Source: Deltaproteobacteria bacterium (lineage in GTDB: Bacteria; Desulfobacterota; JAJRXV01). Taken from it: a stretch of DNA of 64,000 nucleotides. Position 1 is the first letter of the stretch, and each line of letters begins with the position of its first letter. The notes beneath the pieces are model-generated. The model did no database searches and was not told the DNA's origin. It saw only the letters and a program-made list of their open reading frames with translations. Positions 46,514 to 56,758 of the stretch are shown here, in pieces. The DNA lies in the NCBI GenBank assembly GCA_024275075.1, contig JAJRZU010000054.1:6546-70545 (forward strand), written 5' to 3'. Position numbers and translations under genes: made by a program.

Positions 46514-47014
46514 TTACTTCTTCTTTTTCGGTGAGGCGGTTTTCTTAATTTCCGCGGCCCGCTTGTCAGAATGGCATACCTTACAGAACTTACCCATTTT
46601 TCTACCACCTTTTGTGGCGGCTATCAAATACTTGTAATTCGGGTTGGCTGGATGAGGGTCATGGCAGCTTCTACAAACCAAAGTACCATCCTTAGCCAAT
46701 CGGCCATCAGGGACTTTAACATTTTTAGGTTTCATGCCGACCGGGTGAGTCTTTTTAAGGTCGATAGGTATAATCCCTTCATCGTCATTGTGGCAACCTA
46801 AGCATAATGTAGAATTACCGGTAATATTCTTCCCCGTAGCAGGGTTCTTTAGGTTCGTCAATGGTTTGACCCCAATGATCTTATCCCCCTGCGCCTCATG
46901 GATACTGTGACACTCCGTACACTCATTATCATGAGGGCCAAACGCCAAAGCACCAGAAACGCTAAAAAGAACGGTAATTAAAACAAACAAGGATAGATGT
47001 AAATATCTTTTCAC
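46514..47014 (-). CDS. Tetraheme c-type cytochrome (periplasmic, signal peptide)
   Basis: Four CxxCH motifs (CTECH, CLGCH, CRSCH, CKVCH). GTG start after AAAGGAGGTGA. Confidence 0.8.
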   Translation of the reverse strand: MKRYLHLSLFVLITVLFSVSGALAFGPHDNECTECHSIHEAQGDKIIGVKPLTNLKNPATGKNITGNSTLCLGCHNDDEGIIPIDLKKTHPVGMKPKNVKVPDGRLAKDGTLVCRSCHDPHPANPNYKYLIAATKGGRKMGKFCKVCHSDKRAAEIKKTASPKKKK

Positions 47015-47063
47015 GTGGTTTCACCTCCTTTAATTAAATTTTTAATAAAATAACACTAACCTC

Positions 47064-47132
47064 AACAGGCGTGCCTGCCTTTATGCGCGCCTGTTTTATC
47101 TGTGGGCTTGTTTCCCCGCAGCTTGCTGCGAG
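47064..47132 (-). repeat. Intergenic hairpin-repeat element, copy D (minus orientation, 5' leader of the tetraheme cytochrome gene)
   Basis: The reverse complement tcGCAGCaaGCTGCgGGGaaacaagCCC..aaaACAGGCGcgcataaaggcaggcaCGCCTGTtg closely matches copy B (ccGTAGCaaGTTGCgGGGGaatcaaCCCC..aaaACAGGCgaGCCTGT). Confidence 0.5.
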
Positions 47133-47195
47133 ATTTTTTACCAGATGCCTCGTCAGCGTACCACGAGGAATTTCAATCAATGAAAAGCCACGTAA

Positions 47196-47579
47196 TTATT
47201 GCTCCTCAATAACATCCTTCTGATATACCTTCTCTAATTTCTCTTCATCCTCTTTGCAATCTATACAAAGCGTAGTAACAGGCCTCACTTTAAGTCTTTG
47301 AACGCTGATCTCCTCCTCACAGCGCTCACACATCCCAAATGACCCGTCCTCAAACTTATCTAACGCTTTCTCGACCTTCCTAAGCAAGTTCCTGTCCCTG
47401 TCCATGATCCTTATCGCGATTTTCTGGGATGCTTCCGTACATGCCTTATCGCTTTCATCGGGCATCTCAGAGCTCTCTAAGGATTCATCATCTATCGAGG
47501 ATGTCTTATCACCCATCACAATACTCTGCCTCATGTCTAAAAGTATCTGCTTAAGCTTTTTTAATTCGGACTTTCTCAA
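47196..47579 (-). CDS. dksA: DksA/TraR-family C4 zinc-finger protein
   Basis: C-terminal CERCEEEI..x17..CIDCK four-Cys finger preceded by a coiled-coil region. Confidence 0.7.
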   Translation of the reverse strand: MRKSELKKLKQILLDMRQSIVMGDKTSSIDDESLESSEMPDESDKACTEASQKIAIRIMDRDRNLLRKVEKALDKFEDGSFGMCERCEEEISVQRLKVRPVTTLCIDCKEDEEKLEKVYQKDVIEEQ

Positions 47580-48159
47580 AACAACTCCTCCAATTATTTG
47601 CTCTTATAAAACATCGTATATTATATAAAACCACACCGCTCAGACAACAACAACCAACCGCTAAAACCCTCATAACAATCACCAATCACATTCATTTGCC
47701 GACATCCTGCCGACAAGACCACATTCACATCGTATAAAAGAAGTGTAAAAATAATACTAAAACATCTTTTTGTCAACAACTTTTTTCCATCCAGATGGTT
47801 TTCTAGGAGTGGTGCAAGTCAGCGCCAATGATTTTGCGTTAACATTAACACAAAACTCCTGACATTGTTTTTTACTGTCACCACCAATTTTTTTAAGCGG
47901 TCTAAAACTTTAAGGTAATATGAATTATATTACAAGACCACTGCGCGACCGTCATTGCGAGTTTTTTTGTGACGAAGCAATCTCATAAGTTATCGATACC
48001 ACTAAAGACGAGATTGCCGCACCGCTTTCTGAAAAGCTCGAAAGCGCCTCGCAATGACAGAAATGGAAGCTTGTTCAGGTCGTGCCAAGGCCTTATTAAG
48101 GGCGCTCCAAGGGGGGGTACTTAAGTTCTGTGAATGAAAACCGGATACATGGGCACGGA

Positions 48160-49296
48160 TCAAATGATACCTTTCTCTTTCAGCCTGCCCTTCTCATCAT
48201 CTATATATTTTTTGTACTTGCCGCCCATCTCCTCAAGCCGGTCGAAATACTTCAGGGCATCACCATAATTCATCTTGTGAAGCGCGATCTTGCTGGCAAA
48301 GAGCACGTACTCCGCGACATCGGGGTACTTGTCCATCAATCCGCCAAAATGCGCCTCGGCCGCATCGGTATCATCCATCTTTAACAACACATTGCCAACA
48401 CTGATGTTCGCCGGAACATAAGAGGGCGACATGGCCAGAAGGTCTTTGAACAACTTCTGCGCCGCCTTGAGATCATTTTTCTTCATCAGGATATCACCGA
48501 CTTTGATGATCGCGCTCTTGTTCTGGGGCTGCCTGTCGACGATCGCCTTGTAGCACCTTTCAGCTTTATCAAAGTCCCCTGACTCCTCATGGATAGTACC
48601 AAGCATGGAGAACACATCCAGGTTATCTTCGCTTATCTCAAGACATTTAGCAAGCTCTTGCTTCGCATAATCATATTTGCGCTCCTTCATCAATATCCCT
48701 GCCAACTCAAAGTGCGCGACAAAAATACCCTTCTGTAAGCCTACTACCTTATAATACAGCTCCTTGGCCTTTGATAAGTCGTTCTCGCCAACTGATATTT
48801 TAGCTAACCCCAGATAAGGCGCGATATAATCCGCCTGTAACTTGACAGCGCTGTCAAACGCCTCCTTCGCTTTGTCTATATCCCCGATCTTATGGTACAT
48901 AGCGCCAAGGCAGAAATAAGCCTTATGCCTTAGATTAGTCGTATGGAAGGTTACCAAAGAACGTTTATTTACGCAGCTGCCATCATTTATCAGCTTAAAA
49001 TACTTATTGATAAGCTCGATCCCGCTCTTCGGGGCGGTATCTCTCTGGTACGCCATGAACGCGAGCTCAAAATACGCGTCAATATACTCATCATCCTCTT
49101 CTAACAGCGCCATGAGTATCTTCGCGGCTTCATTAAACTTACCGACCCTCGCGTAAGCGCTACCCAAAAGATACATCCGCTCGTGATTGAACCCGACATC
49201 ATCGCTGCTACTCCTCGCCTCACACGCCTTCGCATACTCAAACTGTACGATAGCATCCTTCCAGTCCTTTGCGAAGAAGAGCAGGCGGCCAAGCAT
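48160..49296 (-). CDS. TPR-repeat protein
   Basis: Multiple 34-aa TPR units (W..G..Y...g.y..A...y..al.l.P). Confidence 0.7.
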   Translation of the reverse strand: MLGRLLFFAKDWKDAIVQFEYAKACEARSSSDDVGFNHERMYLLGSAYARVGKFNEAAKILMALLEEDDEYIDAYFELAFMAYQRDTAPKSGIELINKYFKLINDGSCVNKRSLVTFHTTNLRHKAYFCLGAMYHKIGDIDKAKEAFDSAVKLQADYIAPYLGLAKISVGENDLSKAKELYYKVVGLQKGIFVAHFELAGILMKERKYDYAKQELAKCLEISEDNLDVFSMLGTIHEESGDFDKAERCYKAIVDRQPQNKSAIIKVGDILMKKNDLKAAQKLFKDLLAMSPSYVPANISVGNVLLKMDDTDAAEAHFGGLMDKYPDVAEYVLFASKIALHKMNYGDALKYFDRLEEMGGKYKKYIDDEKGRLKEKGII

Positions 49297-49332
49297 AAAA
49301 TGGACATAACAACTCTCTTTTGACCTCTTTAT

Positions 49333-51321
49333 CTAATCATTGAATATGATGATATTCTCTTTAATGGATGTCGCCGCCTCGGTGAACAGATTATCCTTAT
49401 GGACGCAGACATCGCTAATCTCACGCTTACCCGTGGCATTGACATCCTCAAATACGACTTCATCGAACGCGCTTAGCTCTTTCCTCCGAAACAGTCTTGG
49501 TTCATATCTGCACGAAGTGAATCTGCCGTCAGAGCCGCCGAGCTCAGAAACCACATTCAAGGAATAAAGGTCTACCTCTTTCCTTTTTGTCATCTTAATT
49601 ATCTTATCGATATCATCCGCGCCAATATTCTCACCTTCGTTTAAAAAGAGTACCCAATCAAAGTTTGAGTTCTTAATCAACGCGTTTTTCCGCTCGCTTA
49701 TGCTTAGATCATCATCTATGTTGACCAGAAGCACCCTCTTGCCTTTGATGCTCTTCTCTTGCATCTCCTCATCTTTTTTATGAGGTATCACAAATTCCTC
49801 GGCAATATTAATAGTACTTTGGATCGTATCCTTTATCCTTGAATTATCATGTGTATTTATACATACAGAGACTCGGCTCCGCTCTAATACCTTCTTCTTG
49901 CTGCTCTTATAACTCTCATATATTTCGCTTATCTTCTTATCACCCTTCGCTGTTTCATGAGCTGTCTCGATCAGCTCCATACCCCGTTCAGGGTCATCAT
50001 TGAAAACGAGCACACCTAATCCGCACGAAGCATGAGCAAGCTCCGGGTCTATCTCAAGCGCCTTCTCATAACTCTCTACCGCTCTCGCCACGTCACCTCT
50101 TTGCTGGTATACCATCCCCAAATCATAGTAGGCTTCCGCGAAGTCGGGTTTCATCTGGATCGCTTTCTCAAAATAACCCGCCGCCTCGTCACCCTTACCG
50201 ATCGCCACCGCTGTCTTACCGAGCATATAGTTGACATAATAGACAGAATCGAATATCAGGAATTCCTTCTTGACCTCTAAGTTCTCAAGCATCTCAAAGT
50301 ACTGGGCATAAGCGACGTAATGCTTGTAGGCGCTCTCATAATCCTCGCGCCTGTAGTATGTTTCAGCCAGTACATAGTTTATATTTACGTTATTCTCCTC
50401 GAGCTCATAACCCTTTAATGCGTATTCCAGCGCGGCATCGATTTTATCACTGTCCATGGCGACCTTTGAGAGCATGAAATAACACTCGACAAGCAGCTCC
50501 TTCAGCTGCGGAGCATCACCGATCTTAGCGCCCGCTATCTCGACAGCCTTTAACAAACAATCATTCGCGACGCCGAGGTCACCCACCAGTTCGCTCCCCT
50601 CCGCGGCGTAAAAATATATGTATGGATTGTCAGGTTCCCTTTGCGCCTGCTTCTTGAACAGCTCTAAGTTGTGAAGCACCTTCTTGCGCTGCGCCTCTAT
50701 TGGTAATGTGTACCCATAGTGATTAATGAATATCTGCGTATACCTTCGCTTATCATTGCAAACAAGCCTGGGTATAAACTCGCCCTCAAAGTAAAATTCC
50801 AGGTGGTTCTTGAATATTCGCGGCCGGTAATAAAACGATGTTATGTCGCCATTAGCGTCATAGTTGACGATCTTTGTGTAGAACACGTCATAGTGCTTCG
50901 CGTCTAAAAGCCGGATGACCTTGTCATGAGAACCGGCGTCCAGCTCCTCATCAGGGTCAAGCGCCATGATAAAATCGCCGCCGGCGCTCCTGACAGCGAT
51001 ATTCAGGACTTTCGACAGATCACCCTCAAACGCGCAGGAATGGTAATCAGCGTCATATTCCATCGCCAGCGACTCTAACGCGCTGGTGATGATGCTATTC
51101 CCGTCCGCCACCGATTCAGACTCAGCCCCGTGCTTCTTCGCCTCCACTATTATGATCTCTTGGGCAACGTTTTTAACACTCTCAAGCGAACGCTTAAGCC
51201 TGTCGATTATGCTGCCCGCGCCCTGAAAAGAGCTGTCTATACAGATACATACCGACAAAGTAGGCATACGTTTCTCTGTACTCTCTTCATCTTTGACTGT
51301 TTTGTTCTTAAGAAATGGCAT
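49333..51321 (-). CDS. TPR-repeat-containing family-2 glycosyltransferase-like protein
   Basis: N-terminal GT2-like (GT-A) region (LSVCICIDSS..IIIVEAKK..DPDEELD), central TPR repeats and a second GT-like C-terminal region (VSVCINTHDNS). Confidence 0.6.
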   Translation of the reverse strand: MPFLKNKTVKDEESTEKRMPTLSVCICIDSSFQGAGSIIDRLKRSLESVKNVAQEIIIVEAKKHGAESESVADGNSIITSALESLAMEYDADYHSCAFEGDLSKVLNIAVRSAGGDFIMALDPDEELDAGSHDKVIRLLDAKHYDVFYTKIVNYDANGDITSFYYRPRIFKNHLEFYFEGEFIPRLVCNDKRRYTQIFINHYGYTLPIEAQRKKVLHNLELFKKQAQREPDNPYIYFYAAEGSELVGDLGVANDCLLKAVEIAGAKIGDAPQLKELLVECYFMLSKVAMDSDKIDAALEYALKGYELEENNVNINYVLAETYYRREDYESAYKHYVAYAQYFEMLENLEVKKEFLIFDSVYYVNYMLGKTAVAIGKGDEAAGYFEKAIQMKPDFAEAYYDLGMVYQQRGDVARAVESYEKALEIDPELAHASCGLGVLVFNDDPERGMELIETAHETAKGDKKISEIYESYKSSKKKVLERSRVSVCINTHDNSRIKDTIQSTINIAEEFVIPHKKDEEMQEKSIKGKRVLLVNIDDDLSISERKNALIKNSNFDWVLFLNEGENIGADDIDKIIKMTKRKEVDLYSLNVVSELGGSDGRFTSCRYEPRLFRRKELSAFDEVVFEDVNATGKREISDVCVHKDNLFTEAATSIKENIIIFND

Positions 51322-51442
51322 ATATATTTCTTATGCTTTATTTTATTTTCATTGTCAAGATATAATTACCATTTATTCTTGTTGAATAATATCATCAGCT
51401 TTAGTATATTAGAAGATATTATTAAGCATCAAGGGGAATTTT

Positions 51443-52633
51443 ATGGGCAAAGCAGCTTATTTCGACATAACGTTCGGGGCCGCCGGTGACATGATACTCG
51501 CGGCATTCATCGACCTTGGCCTCCCTGAAGAGTACCTGATCGCCGAGCTGAAGAAGCTCTTACTGCCGGATTTTGGGTTGTCATCAAAAAAGGTGTCAAA
51601 AAACGGTATCGCGGCACTCAAGCTTGAGATAAACTGCCCTGATGAGCAAACAGCCCGAAATTTCGGGGCGATCCGGGAGATGATAAATAATAGCACGCTA
51701 AGTGACGATATCAAGGAGCTGAGTATCGGTATGTTCAGCCGGCTTGCGCGGGCGGAAGCGAAGATCCACGGCAAAGAGCCCGATGACGTCAGCTTCCACG
51801 AGGTCGGTGCGCTTGATTCCATCATAGATATCGTCGGTATCGCCGTGGCGCTCTGCTACTTTGACATCAAAAGGGTGCTTGTATCACCGATACCGCTTTG
51901 CGGCGGCACGGTCGATACGATGCACGGCAAGATACCCGCCATGTCACCAGCCGCGACGGCGCTTTTGAAAGGGCGCGACTTCTACCTGTCGAGTGTGCGT
52001 GGTGAGCTTATTACACCGACCGCGGCGGCTGTGATCGACTTTATGGCGGGGGAAGGTGTGCAAAATGGTGAACGGTTTTCATACGACAGTATCGGCATAG
52101 GCGCCGGGAGCAGGGATTTCGACACACACCCGAACATCATGCGGATATTCAAAGGGGATGACCGAAGTGGCATCGATGGCGCGGTGACAGTTATCCAGAC
52201 CAATATCGATGATATGAACCCCCAGCTTTATGACGCGCTGTTCAATGAGCTTTTCGGCTGCGACGGTGTGCTGGACGCGTTTATAGTACCGGTAATCATG
52301 AAGAAGACCAGACAGGGCTCTTTACTGAAAGTGATAATCAAAAAAGAGCGCCTTGATAAAGTGGCCGCTTTGATATTCAATAACACGACAACGATCGGCC
52401 TTCGCTACCATGACGCGGGCAGGATCGTCTTAGAGCGCGAGATAAAGAAGATATCGACAAAGTATGGCGACTTCAGCGTAAAGGTCGCCGCGTCCGGTGG
52501 CAAGCTCGTCAACGTATCCTGCGAATATGATGAATGCAAAGCGGCGGCAAAGGAGCGCGACCTAACAGTAAAAGAAGTAATGGATCACGTAAACGCGGCG
52601 ATCCAGAGAGAGTTTTTTGATGAGAAACAGTAG
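51443..52633 (+). CDS. larC: LarC-family nickel-insertion protein (nickel-pincer nucleotide cofactor biosynthesis; DUF111)
   Basis: N-terminus YFDITFGAAGDMILAAFIDLG and the HEVGALDSIIDIVG block are diagnostic of LarC/DUF111. Confidence 0.8.
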   Translation: MGKAAYFDITFGAAGDMILAAFIDLGLPEEYLIAELKKLLLPDFGLSSKKVSKNGIAALKLEINCPDEQTARNFGAIREMINNSTLSDDIKELSIGMFSRLARAEAKIHGKEPDDVSFHEVGALDSIIDIVGIAVALCYFDIKRVLVSPIPLCGGTVDTMHGKIPAMSPAATALLKGRDFYLSSVRGELITPTAAAVIDFMAGEGVQNGERFSYDSIGIGAGSRDFDTHPNIMRIFKGDDRSGIDGAVTVIQTNIDDMNPQLYDALFNELFGCDGVLDAFIVPVIMKKTRQGSLLKVIIKKERLDKVAALIFNNTTTIGLRYHDAGRIVLEREIKKISTKYGDFSVKVAASGGKLVNVSCEYDECKAAAKERDLTVKEVMDHVNAAIQREFFDEKQ

Positions 52634-53507
52634 CAAACAAGAGACCGGTACACTCTACCTCGTCGCAACACCTATCGGTAACCTGAAGGATATCACGTTC
52701 AGGGCGGTCGAAACGCTAAAGAGCGTTGACCTTATCGCCGCGGAGGATACGAGACATACGCGAAAGCTCCTGACGCACTATGAGATCAAAAACCGCCTTG
52801 TTAGCTACCATGACCACAACAAAGAAAAGAGCGCGGGTAATATCATTAAGAAGCTGTCAGCCGGCTGGGATGTCGCTCTTGTCAGCGATGCCGGTACACC
52901 GGGAATCTCGGACCCGGGGTTCTACATGGTCAGGCTCGCGCGCAAAAACGGAATCCAAGTGACCGCGTGCCCGGGCGCGTGCGCGGCAGTGACAGCCCTC
53001 TCAATTTCAGGTATCCCTTCAGATAAGTTCTCCTTTTTCGGGTTCCTGCCGGTAAAGAAGGGTAAGCGAAAAAATTTTCTAAAAAACCTTGCAAATGAAA
53101 ATAAAAGTATGGTATTTTACGAATCAAACATCAGAGTACAAAACTTTTTAGAAGAACTTTTTGAAGCGCTTGGCGACAGGTACACCGTTGTGGTGAGAGA
53201 GCTTACAAAACTCTTTGAGGAAACGGTTACCGGGCGGCTCAGCGGCCTTATCGGCGATGAACGTTTTACCGGCGGCAAAGGAGAGTTCACCATAATAGTT
53301 TCCGCCGAAGACAAGAGGGGCAAAAAGGCGGATACGGCGATGATGTCTGCTGAGCTGAAGGGCGAGATACTAAGCCTCTTAGAGAGTGGCACACCGCTCA
53401 AGGTAATATCCCTGCGGATATCGGAAGTGTACGATTTCTCGAAAAAAGAGAGCTATGCTCTTTGTCTGGAGCTTAAATCGCGCCAGGATCGTTCGAATAA
53501 ATCATAA
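52617..53507 (+). CDS. rsmI: 16S rRNA (cytidine1402-2'-O)-methyltransferase RsmI
   Basis: GTLYLVATPIGNLKDIT..LIAAEDTRHT..SDAGTPGISDPG tetrapyrrole-methylase-fold motifs. Overlaps larC by 17 nt. Confidence 0.85.
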   Translation: MMRNSSKQETGTLYLVATPIGNLKDITFRAVETLKSVDLIAAEDTRHTRKLLTHYEIKNRLVSYHDHNKEKSAGNIIKKLSAGWDVALVSDAGTPGISDPGFYMVRLARKNGIQVTACPGACAAVTALSISGIPSDKFSFFGFLPVKKGKRKNFLKNLANENKSMVFYESNIRVQNFLEELFEALGDRYTVVVRELTKLFEETVTGRLSGLIGDERFTGGKGEFTIIVSAEDKRGKKADTAMMSAELKGEILSLLESGTPLKVISLRISEVYDFSKKESYALCLELKSRQDRSNKS

Positions 53508-53510
53508 AAT

Positions 53511-55229
53511 GTGGAGTTTCGTATATTGGACGATAATTTAAAAAGAAAAATCAGCGATAATGCCATGTTAGGTCTCAAGAAAGTCTATGTGCTTTATGAG
53601 ATAAGCTCCGCGATGATAGTCTCTATCGATACTAACAAGAATTTTTTCGCGATAATGAATATTTTAAAATCAAGGCTTGAAACAAGTAAGGGCGCTCTCA
53701 TTACCTTCGACGCCGGTAACAGGAAAAAAGACGAGATCCTGTTCGGCTTCGATGAAGTTGACATAAAAAGCGGAAGTTACGATATCAGCGATGATGTGAT
53801 AAGAAACGTGTTCTATACAAAGGATATCGTATTTTTGGTGCACAGCGGCTCGGGTATCGAAGCCAAGGGCACCCAGATGATGAACTTCATTGCAAAGGAT
53901 ACTGTACATCTGATCTGCGTACCGATAATCGATGACAAGGAGCGGGTCTCGGCGATTCTGATCGTTGACCGGCTGTTTGATAATGATACTCAATTAGAGA
54001 AAGACGTATTTTTTCTGCGCAGTATAGCCGGAGCGATCGCGAAGAACCTGATATTAAAGACGCAGGTGGAATCTGAGCGCGAGGAGCTCTCTTCAGAGAA
54101 TGACCGGTTAAAGCAGGAGCTCCGGAGCAACTACAAATTTGGTAATATAATCACGACAAACGAGCGGGTATCCGAGGTTATCGAAACGGTGAAACAGGTA
54201 TCCGGCAGTAGCGCACCGGTGCTTATCTCAGGCGCGTACGGCACCGGTAAGGAGCTTATCGCGAAAGCGCTCCATTATAACAGCCCGCGTGTTGGTAACA
54301 CGTTCACGAAGGTACACTGCGGCGCGGTGCCAGAGCAGTTGCTGGCGATGGAACTGTTCGGGTACGAGCCAGAGGAGTTCAACATCTCGCATCCCCAACA
54401 GAAGCGTGGAAAGTTAAAAGCGGCTGACGGTGGTACGATCTATTTCGAGAACATCCATAGTATGCCAGTTACAGTTCAGGTAAAGCTCCTTAAGTACCTG
54501 ACTGACGGCGAGTTTGAAAAAGAGGGTATAGGTAAGGTCATCAAATCGAATACCCGTGTAATCGCGAGCAGTGTACGTGATTTTAAGCAATTGGTCGAGA
54601 CGGGAGAACTGTTAGAGGAGCTGTATAATGAGCTGAACATAATCCATATTACGCTGCCGGCGCTACAAGAGAGGAAAGAGGATATATCTCTTTTGTCAAA
54701 GTACTTCATCAAAAGGTACAGCAAAGAGAACAGGAAAAAGATAACCGACCTGTCGCCGCAGGCGCTGGATAAACTGCTCGACTACGACTGGCCGGGCAAT
54801 GTAAGGGAGCTTGAGAACTGCATCAAGCGGATGGTCATAATGTCAGGCGGCAGGATACTTGATGAATCATTACTGCCCTGTATCATAAAAGACAAGAAAG
54901 AAGAGAAGGAGAAGAGCTATGAAGGTGGTGTCGAGGAGGTCATTGACGCTATCTTGAAAGATAAGCTTGAAAAGATCGTCACCTTCTTTGGTATGCAAAA
55001 GAGGCGCAAGAAGAACTCGCTTTACAAAAAGATCTCTGATAATATCGACAGGATTCTGATTGAGCTGTCACTTAACAAATTCAATAATGTCCAGACGGAT
55101 GCCGCAGCCTTTTTAGGTATCAATAGAAATACCCTGCGCACGAAGATCGAGAAGCTCAAGGTGAACCACAACCAACCGAAACAAAAGAGAACAAAGGGCA
55201 AGCGCAATCTTGACCTGCCCTTTATATAA
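53511..55229 (+). CDS. Sigma-54-dependent transcriptional activator (GAF - AAA+ sigma-54 interaction - Fis-type HTH)
   Basis: Walker A GAYGTGKE, the GAFTGA-equivalent region, ESELFGYE-like (MELFGYE) block and a C-terminal HTH (NVQTDAAAFLGINRNTLRTKI). GTG start per the track. Confidence 0.85.
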   Translation: MEFRILDDNLKRKISDNAMLGLKKVYVLYEISSAMIVSIDTNKNFFAIMNILKSRLETSKGALITFDAGNRKKDEILFGFDEVDIKSGSYDISDDVIRNVFYTKDIVFLVHSGSGIEAKGTQMMNFIAKDTVHLICVPIIDDKERVSAILIVDRLFDNDTQLEKDVFFLRSIAGAIAKNLILKTQVESEREELSSENDRLKQELRSNYKFGNIITTNERVSEVIETVKQVSGSSAPVLISGAYGTGKELIAKALHYNSPRVGNTFTKVHCGAVPEQLLAMELFGYEPEEFNISHPQQKRGKLKAADGGTIYFENIHSMPVTVQVKLLKYLTDGEFEKEGIGKVIKSNTRVIASSVRDFKQLVETGELLEELYNELNIIHITLPALQERKEDISLLSKYFIKRYSKENRKKITDLSPQALDKLLDYDWPGNVRELENCIKRMVIMSGGRILDESLLPCIIKDKKEEKEKSYEGGVEEVIDAILKDKLEKIVTFFGMQKRRKKNSLYKKISDNIDRILIELSLNKFNNVQTDAAAFLGINRNTLRTKIEKLKVNHNQPKQKRTKGKRNLDLPFI

Positions 55230-55230
55230 T

Positions 55231-56103
55231 CTATATCAGCTTGTTTAACGGATACTCGACGATCCCTTCAGCGCCCGCTTCTATCAACTGTGGTATTAAT
55301 TCCCGCACGACATGCTCTGCAATGATCGTCTCGACGCTTAACCAGTCACTGTTATATAAATGTGAGATAGTAGGCGCTTTGATGCTTGGTAAGAGCGCCA
55401 CAATCTCTTCGATCTTATCCTTGGATACGTTCATCTTCAAACCAACCATGCCGCCCGCTTTCAAGGCAGCGTTCAAGAGTGTGGATATCTGCTTTATCTT
55501 CCGCTTCTTCCATGGATCCTTCATGGCTTCTTTGTTCGCGATAAGCTGGGTGTTTGACTGCATCATCTCATGGATTATCTTAAGGCCGTGCGCCTTGATC
55601 GTGCTGCCGGTCTCGGTCACCTCAACGACGGCGTCTACAAGACCCTCGACGACCTTCGCTTCCGTAGCGCCCCACGAGAACTCGACACCTACATCGATAC
55701 TCCTTGAGGCGAAGAACTCCTTCGTATAATTCATCATCTCCGTGGCGATACGCTTCCCGTTCAGATCCTCTATCTTTTGTATAGGTGAGTTTTCGGGTAC
55801 GACAACCACCCATCTTGTCGGGCGCGAGCTCACTTTGGAGTAGACCAAGTCACAGATGACCTCGACATCGGATTTGTTCTCCATGGTCCAGTCCTTACCG
55901 GTGAGGCCAAGGTCAAAAGTACCGGTCTCGACATACTTTGACATCTCCTGGGCACGGGCAAGCGCGCATGTTATCTCCACATCATCTATGTAAGGGAAAT
56001 AGTTGCGCGAACTCTTCTTTATCTTCCAACCGGATCTCTTGAATAGTTCGATCGTCGCGTTCTCAAGACTGCCCTTTGGTATACCTAATTTTATCTTACT
56101 CAC
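55231..56103 (-). CDS. hisG: ATP phosphoribosyltransferase (long form with C-terminal regulatory domain)
   Basis: Start reassigned to GTG at 56103 (RBS GAAGGAGGT), giving [13 protein letters not shown]. HisG catalytic and regulatory domains present. Overlaps hisI by 8 nt. Confidence 0.8.
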   Translation of the reverse strand: MSKIKLGIPKGSLENATIELFKRSGWKIKKSSRNYFPYIDDVEITCALARAQEMSKYVETGTFDLGLTGKDWTMENKSDVEVICDLVYSKVSSRPTRWVVVVPENSPIQKIEDLNGKRIATEMMNYTKEFFASRSIDVGVEFSWGATEAKVVEGLVDAVVEVTETGSTIKAHGLKIIHEMMQSNTQLIANKEAMKDPWKKRKIKQISTLLNAALKAGGMVGLKMNVSKDKIEEIVALLPSIKAPTISHLYNSDWLSVETIIAEHVVRELIPQLIEAGAEGIVEYPLNKLI

Positions 56104-56485
56104 CGTAAACCTCCTTCGGGTCGAAAACGAGCTCCCCGACCTCCCTGACATTATCATTATCGATCACCTGCTTATAAAAACAGCTCCTGTGGCCGGTATG
56201 GCACGCAGCGCCGCCTACCTGCTCCACTTTTAACAATATTGTGTCATTGTCGCAGTCAAAATAGATATCCTTCACCTCCTGGAAATTACCCGACGTCTCA
56301 CCCTTTACCCAGAACTTCTGACGCGACCGGCTGTAAAAACACGCCTTCTTTAACTCCAGTGTCTCCTTCAAAGCGCCCTCGTTCATATAAGCCATCATAA
56401 GCACCTCATTTGTCTTGTGATCCTGCACGATTACAGGCACCAAACCGCCGCCCTTCGCAAAATCGACCTGCTCTAAAAAACTCAT
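56096..56485 (-). CDS. hisI: Phosphoribosyl-AMP cyclohydrolase
   Basis: [46 protein letters not shown] are canonical HisI motifs. Confidence 0.85.
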   Translation of the reverse strand: MSFLEQVDFAKGGGLVPVIVQDHKTNEVLMMAYMNEGALKETLELKKACFYSRSRQKFWVKGETSGNFQEVKDIYFDCDNDTILLKVEQVGGAACHTGHRSCFYKQVIDNDNVREVGELVFDPKEVYGE

Positions 56486-56616
56486 CTGACTCTCCTAATA
56501 AATATAATCCCACTATTTTCAAAAAACGGACTTTACACCAAAATAAAAATATTATCAAGATAAAAAGACGAAGGCCGTGTTTTTTCTTCGACAAATCCGG
56601 TAAAGCGCGTAATAAT

Positions 56617-56675
56617 AATGAACTACCCCGCAGCAGAGCTGCGAGGTATTAAACCCTATAAACAGGCAAGCCTGA
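56617..56675 (+). repeat. Intergenic hairpin-repeat element, copy C
   Basis: aatgaactaCCCCGCAGCagaGCTGCGaGG..aaACAGGCaaGCCTGa in the hisI-ubiX divergent intergenic region. Confidence 0.5.
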
Positions 56676-56723
56676 ATAAATATCCGCTTTCAACTGAACC
56701 ACAACCGCATGGAAGGCGCCTTC

Positions 56724-56752
56724 TTGACGAAACCTGTAATACGTGCTAAATT
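56724..56752 (+). promoter_or_regulatory. Sigma-70-type promoter (TTGACG-17-TAAATT) immediately upstream of ubiX
   Basis: -10 ends about 7 nt before the ubiX ATG, which would make the transcript leaderless or very short-leadered. Confidence 0.35.
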
Positions 56753-56758
56753 CACTTT

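Noticed and set aside
47580-48159. Tried to read the ORF-free 580-bp region as SRP RNA, RNase P RNA or tmRNA (partial matches such as GGAAGC..CAGGTC..CCAAGG and ACAGAAATGGAAGCTTG)
   Set aside because: Motif order and spacing do not fit the SRP domain IV, RNase P P4/P15 or tmRNA tRNA-like ends. Kept only as a generic structured-ncRNA candidate.
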